IMG/VR virus record: IMGVR_UViG_2808606499_000001
DNA: 20,561 nt
From: an uncultured virus (IMG/VR IMGVR_UViG_2808606499_000001)
Lineage: Duplodnaviria > Heunggongvirae > Uroviricota > Caudoviricetes
Reading direction: 5' to 3' (one strand)
The position numbers and the translations under genes are program-made. Shown in pieces: positions 19,375 through 20,561 of the stretch; the stretch's first letter is position 1, and every line of letters starts with the position of its first letter. Under the pieces are notes generated by a model. The model searched no databases. It saw nothing but the letters and a program-made list of their open reading frames with translations, and was not told where the DNA came from.

Positions 19375-19403
19375 AGTCTTGGTGAACCCGCTCGGAGAGT
19401 CAA
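19375..19403 (-). promoter_or_regulatory. Sigma70-like promoter for the c4-like operon
   Basis: TTGACT (19403-19398) - 17 nt - AAGACT (19380-19375), ending just upstream of the first hairpin. Confidence 0.55.
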
Positions 19404-19421
19404 TACGGATGCGCGACAGAA

Positions 19422-19456
19422 ATTCTGACCGGCCACCTCAGGTAAGGTGGTCAGAA
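19422..19456 (-). terminator. Stem-loop at the 3' end of the COG2958-like gene (repeated around 19585-19619 by contig overlap)
   Basis: Minus strand TTCTGACC-ACCTTACCTGAGGTGGCC-GGTCAGAA-TTT with inner CCACCT/AGGTGG pairing; overlaps the stop codon; short U-tract. Confidence 0.35.
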
Positions 19457-19613
19457 GTCCAGTGGCGCCATCGGGACATNNNNNNNNNNNNNNNNNNNNN
19501 NNNNNNNNNNNNNNNNNNNNNNNNNNNNNNNNNNNNNNNNNNNNNNNNNNNNNNNNNNNNNNNNNNNNNNNNNNNNNNNCAGAAATTCTGACCGGCCACC
19601 TCAGGTAAGGTGG

Positions 19614-20561
19614 TCAGAAGTCCAGTGGCGCCATCGGGACATCCCAGTCCGAGGCGCGCGCCTCGCTCGTCTGGTATAGCTGCTTGACGAGCTTGATGTA
19701 GTCCAGGAAATCCTTGTTTTCGGCCGCCAGTCGGTTGGCCGACTCCCAATCGATTTCCGGCCGCTCGCGAGCCGGGATGAGGATCTCGCTCTCGGAGGGG
19801 TTGGTGTCCAGCCGGATGAGCCCGATGCCGTGCACGCCTGACAGCATCCGCAATTCCTTCATCGTGTCGGCCTGCACTTCGCCCGCAACGAGGTAACCGA
19901 AGTTGGCCCAGGACGAGTTCGACACCGCCTGGAAGAAATGTTCCCGCACGTTCGAGCGGTTGAGCAGCAGCTTGACCTCGAAGGACCACAGCTTGGTCCG
20001 CTGGCCCGCGTACTGTTTGACGCAATCTTGGACTTCGCGGTGCCATTCTCGGCCCAAGTCCTCCATGCCGACCAAGTCCGGGAACAGCCAGCGGTTGCCA
20101 TTGGAGCCGCGCTTGTTGGACGAGCGTTTCTCATCGATGCGCTTGGTGTAGATGTCCAGCTCTTCCCAGAGGTACCGGGCCAGCAGGGGGTAGAGCGCAT
20201 GTTCGCCTTTTAAGCCAGGCTCTGCCGCAGTGGTGGCGATCTCGGCATCCTCGGCCAGCATCACCTCGTCGGCATCGGACTGCTCGGAGTAGTAGTACCG
20301 GCGCGGGCGCCCCTCGGTGATTTTCAATTCGGGATGCTTCTTCTGCAGCTGTGGCCGTTGTGAGCCGATTTCAGCTGCCAGTTGCTGCAGGAGTGCTGCG
20401 TCCGTTGCCAGCGCTTGGCTGCGCGCTTTCTTTGCCTGGCACTCGGCGGGGAAAGTCTCGAACACCCATTCGGCGATTTGCCGCGCGGTGAACTTCTCCC
20501 CACTGTGGGCCTGCAGGAAGGCAAGAACCGTCTTGCCCAGGTTCAGCTTGTCGCTTGCCAC
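19614..20561 (-). CDS. COG2958/HrgA-like protein: N-terminal winged HTH plus PD-(D/E)XK restriction-endonuclease-like domain
   Basis: N-term KFTARQIAEWVF...QQLAAEIGS; C-term EHALYPLL, NRWLFPDLVG, LWSFEVK, FFQAVSNSSWANFGYLVA, GIGLIRLD motifs. The GTG start sits at the window edge, so the start is unconfirmed. Confidence 0.8.
   Translation of the reverse strand: MASDKLNLGKTVLAFLQAHSGEKFTARQIAEWVFETFPAECQAKKARSQALATDAALLQQLAAEIGSQRPQLQKKHPELKITEGRPRRYYYSEQSDADEVMLAEDAEIATTAAEPGLKGEHALYPLLARYLWEELDIYTKRIDEKRSSNKRGSNGNRWLFPDLVGMEDLGREWHREVQDCVKQYAGQRTKLWSFEVKLLLNRSNVREHFFQAVSNSSWANFGYLVAGEVQADTMKELRMLSGVHGIGLIRLDTNPSESEILIPARERPEIDWESANRLAAENKDFLDYIKLVKQLYQTSEARASDWDVPMAPLDF

Overview
High-GC, Betaproteobacteria-like DNA (Ralstonia-like is my impression, not verified). 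The + strand carries the late tail and lysis module of a temperate phage or phage-derived element: C-terminal tape measure protein, distal-tail-like gene, very large repetitive virion protein, putative receptor-binding protein, two small tail proteins, hub-like protein, short spike-like gene, 3TM-holin-like gene, GH24 lysozyme and a hypothetical gene. The apparent tandem duplications are assembly artefacts. Contigs flanking the 100-N gaps overlap by 63 nt, and there are perfect 127-, 136- and 1298-nt bubbles, so two closely related alleles of one module were concatenated. On the - strand at the right end lie a COG2958/HrgA-like HTH plus PD-(D/E)XK protein and the most interesting element, an apparently complete P1 c4-type antisense-RNA switch (19025-19403). 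It has a sigma70-like promoter, upstream target sites, a ~75-nt structured RNA and downstream target sites overlapping the RBS of an unannotated 36-aa leader ORF. The leader contains an intrinsic-terminator-like hairpin and overlaps the start of an unknown gene. The leader's RBS/start (18 nt) recurs exactly, in inverted orientation, at the start of the late gene upstream of the lysis genes.
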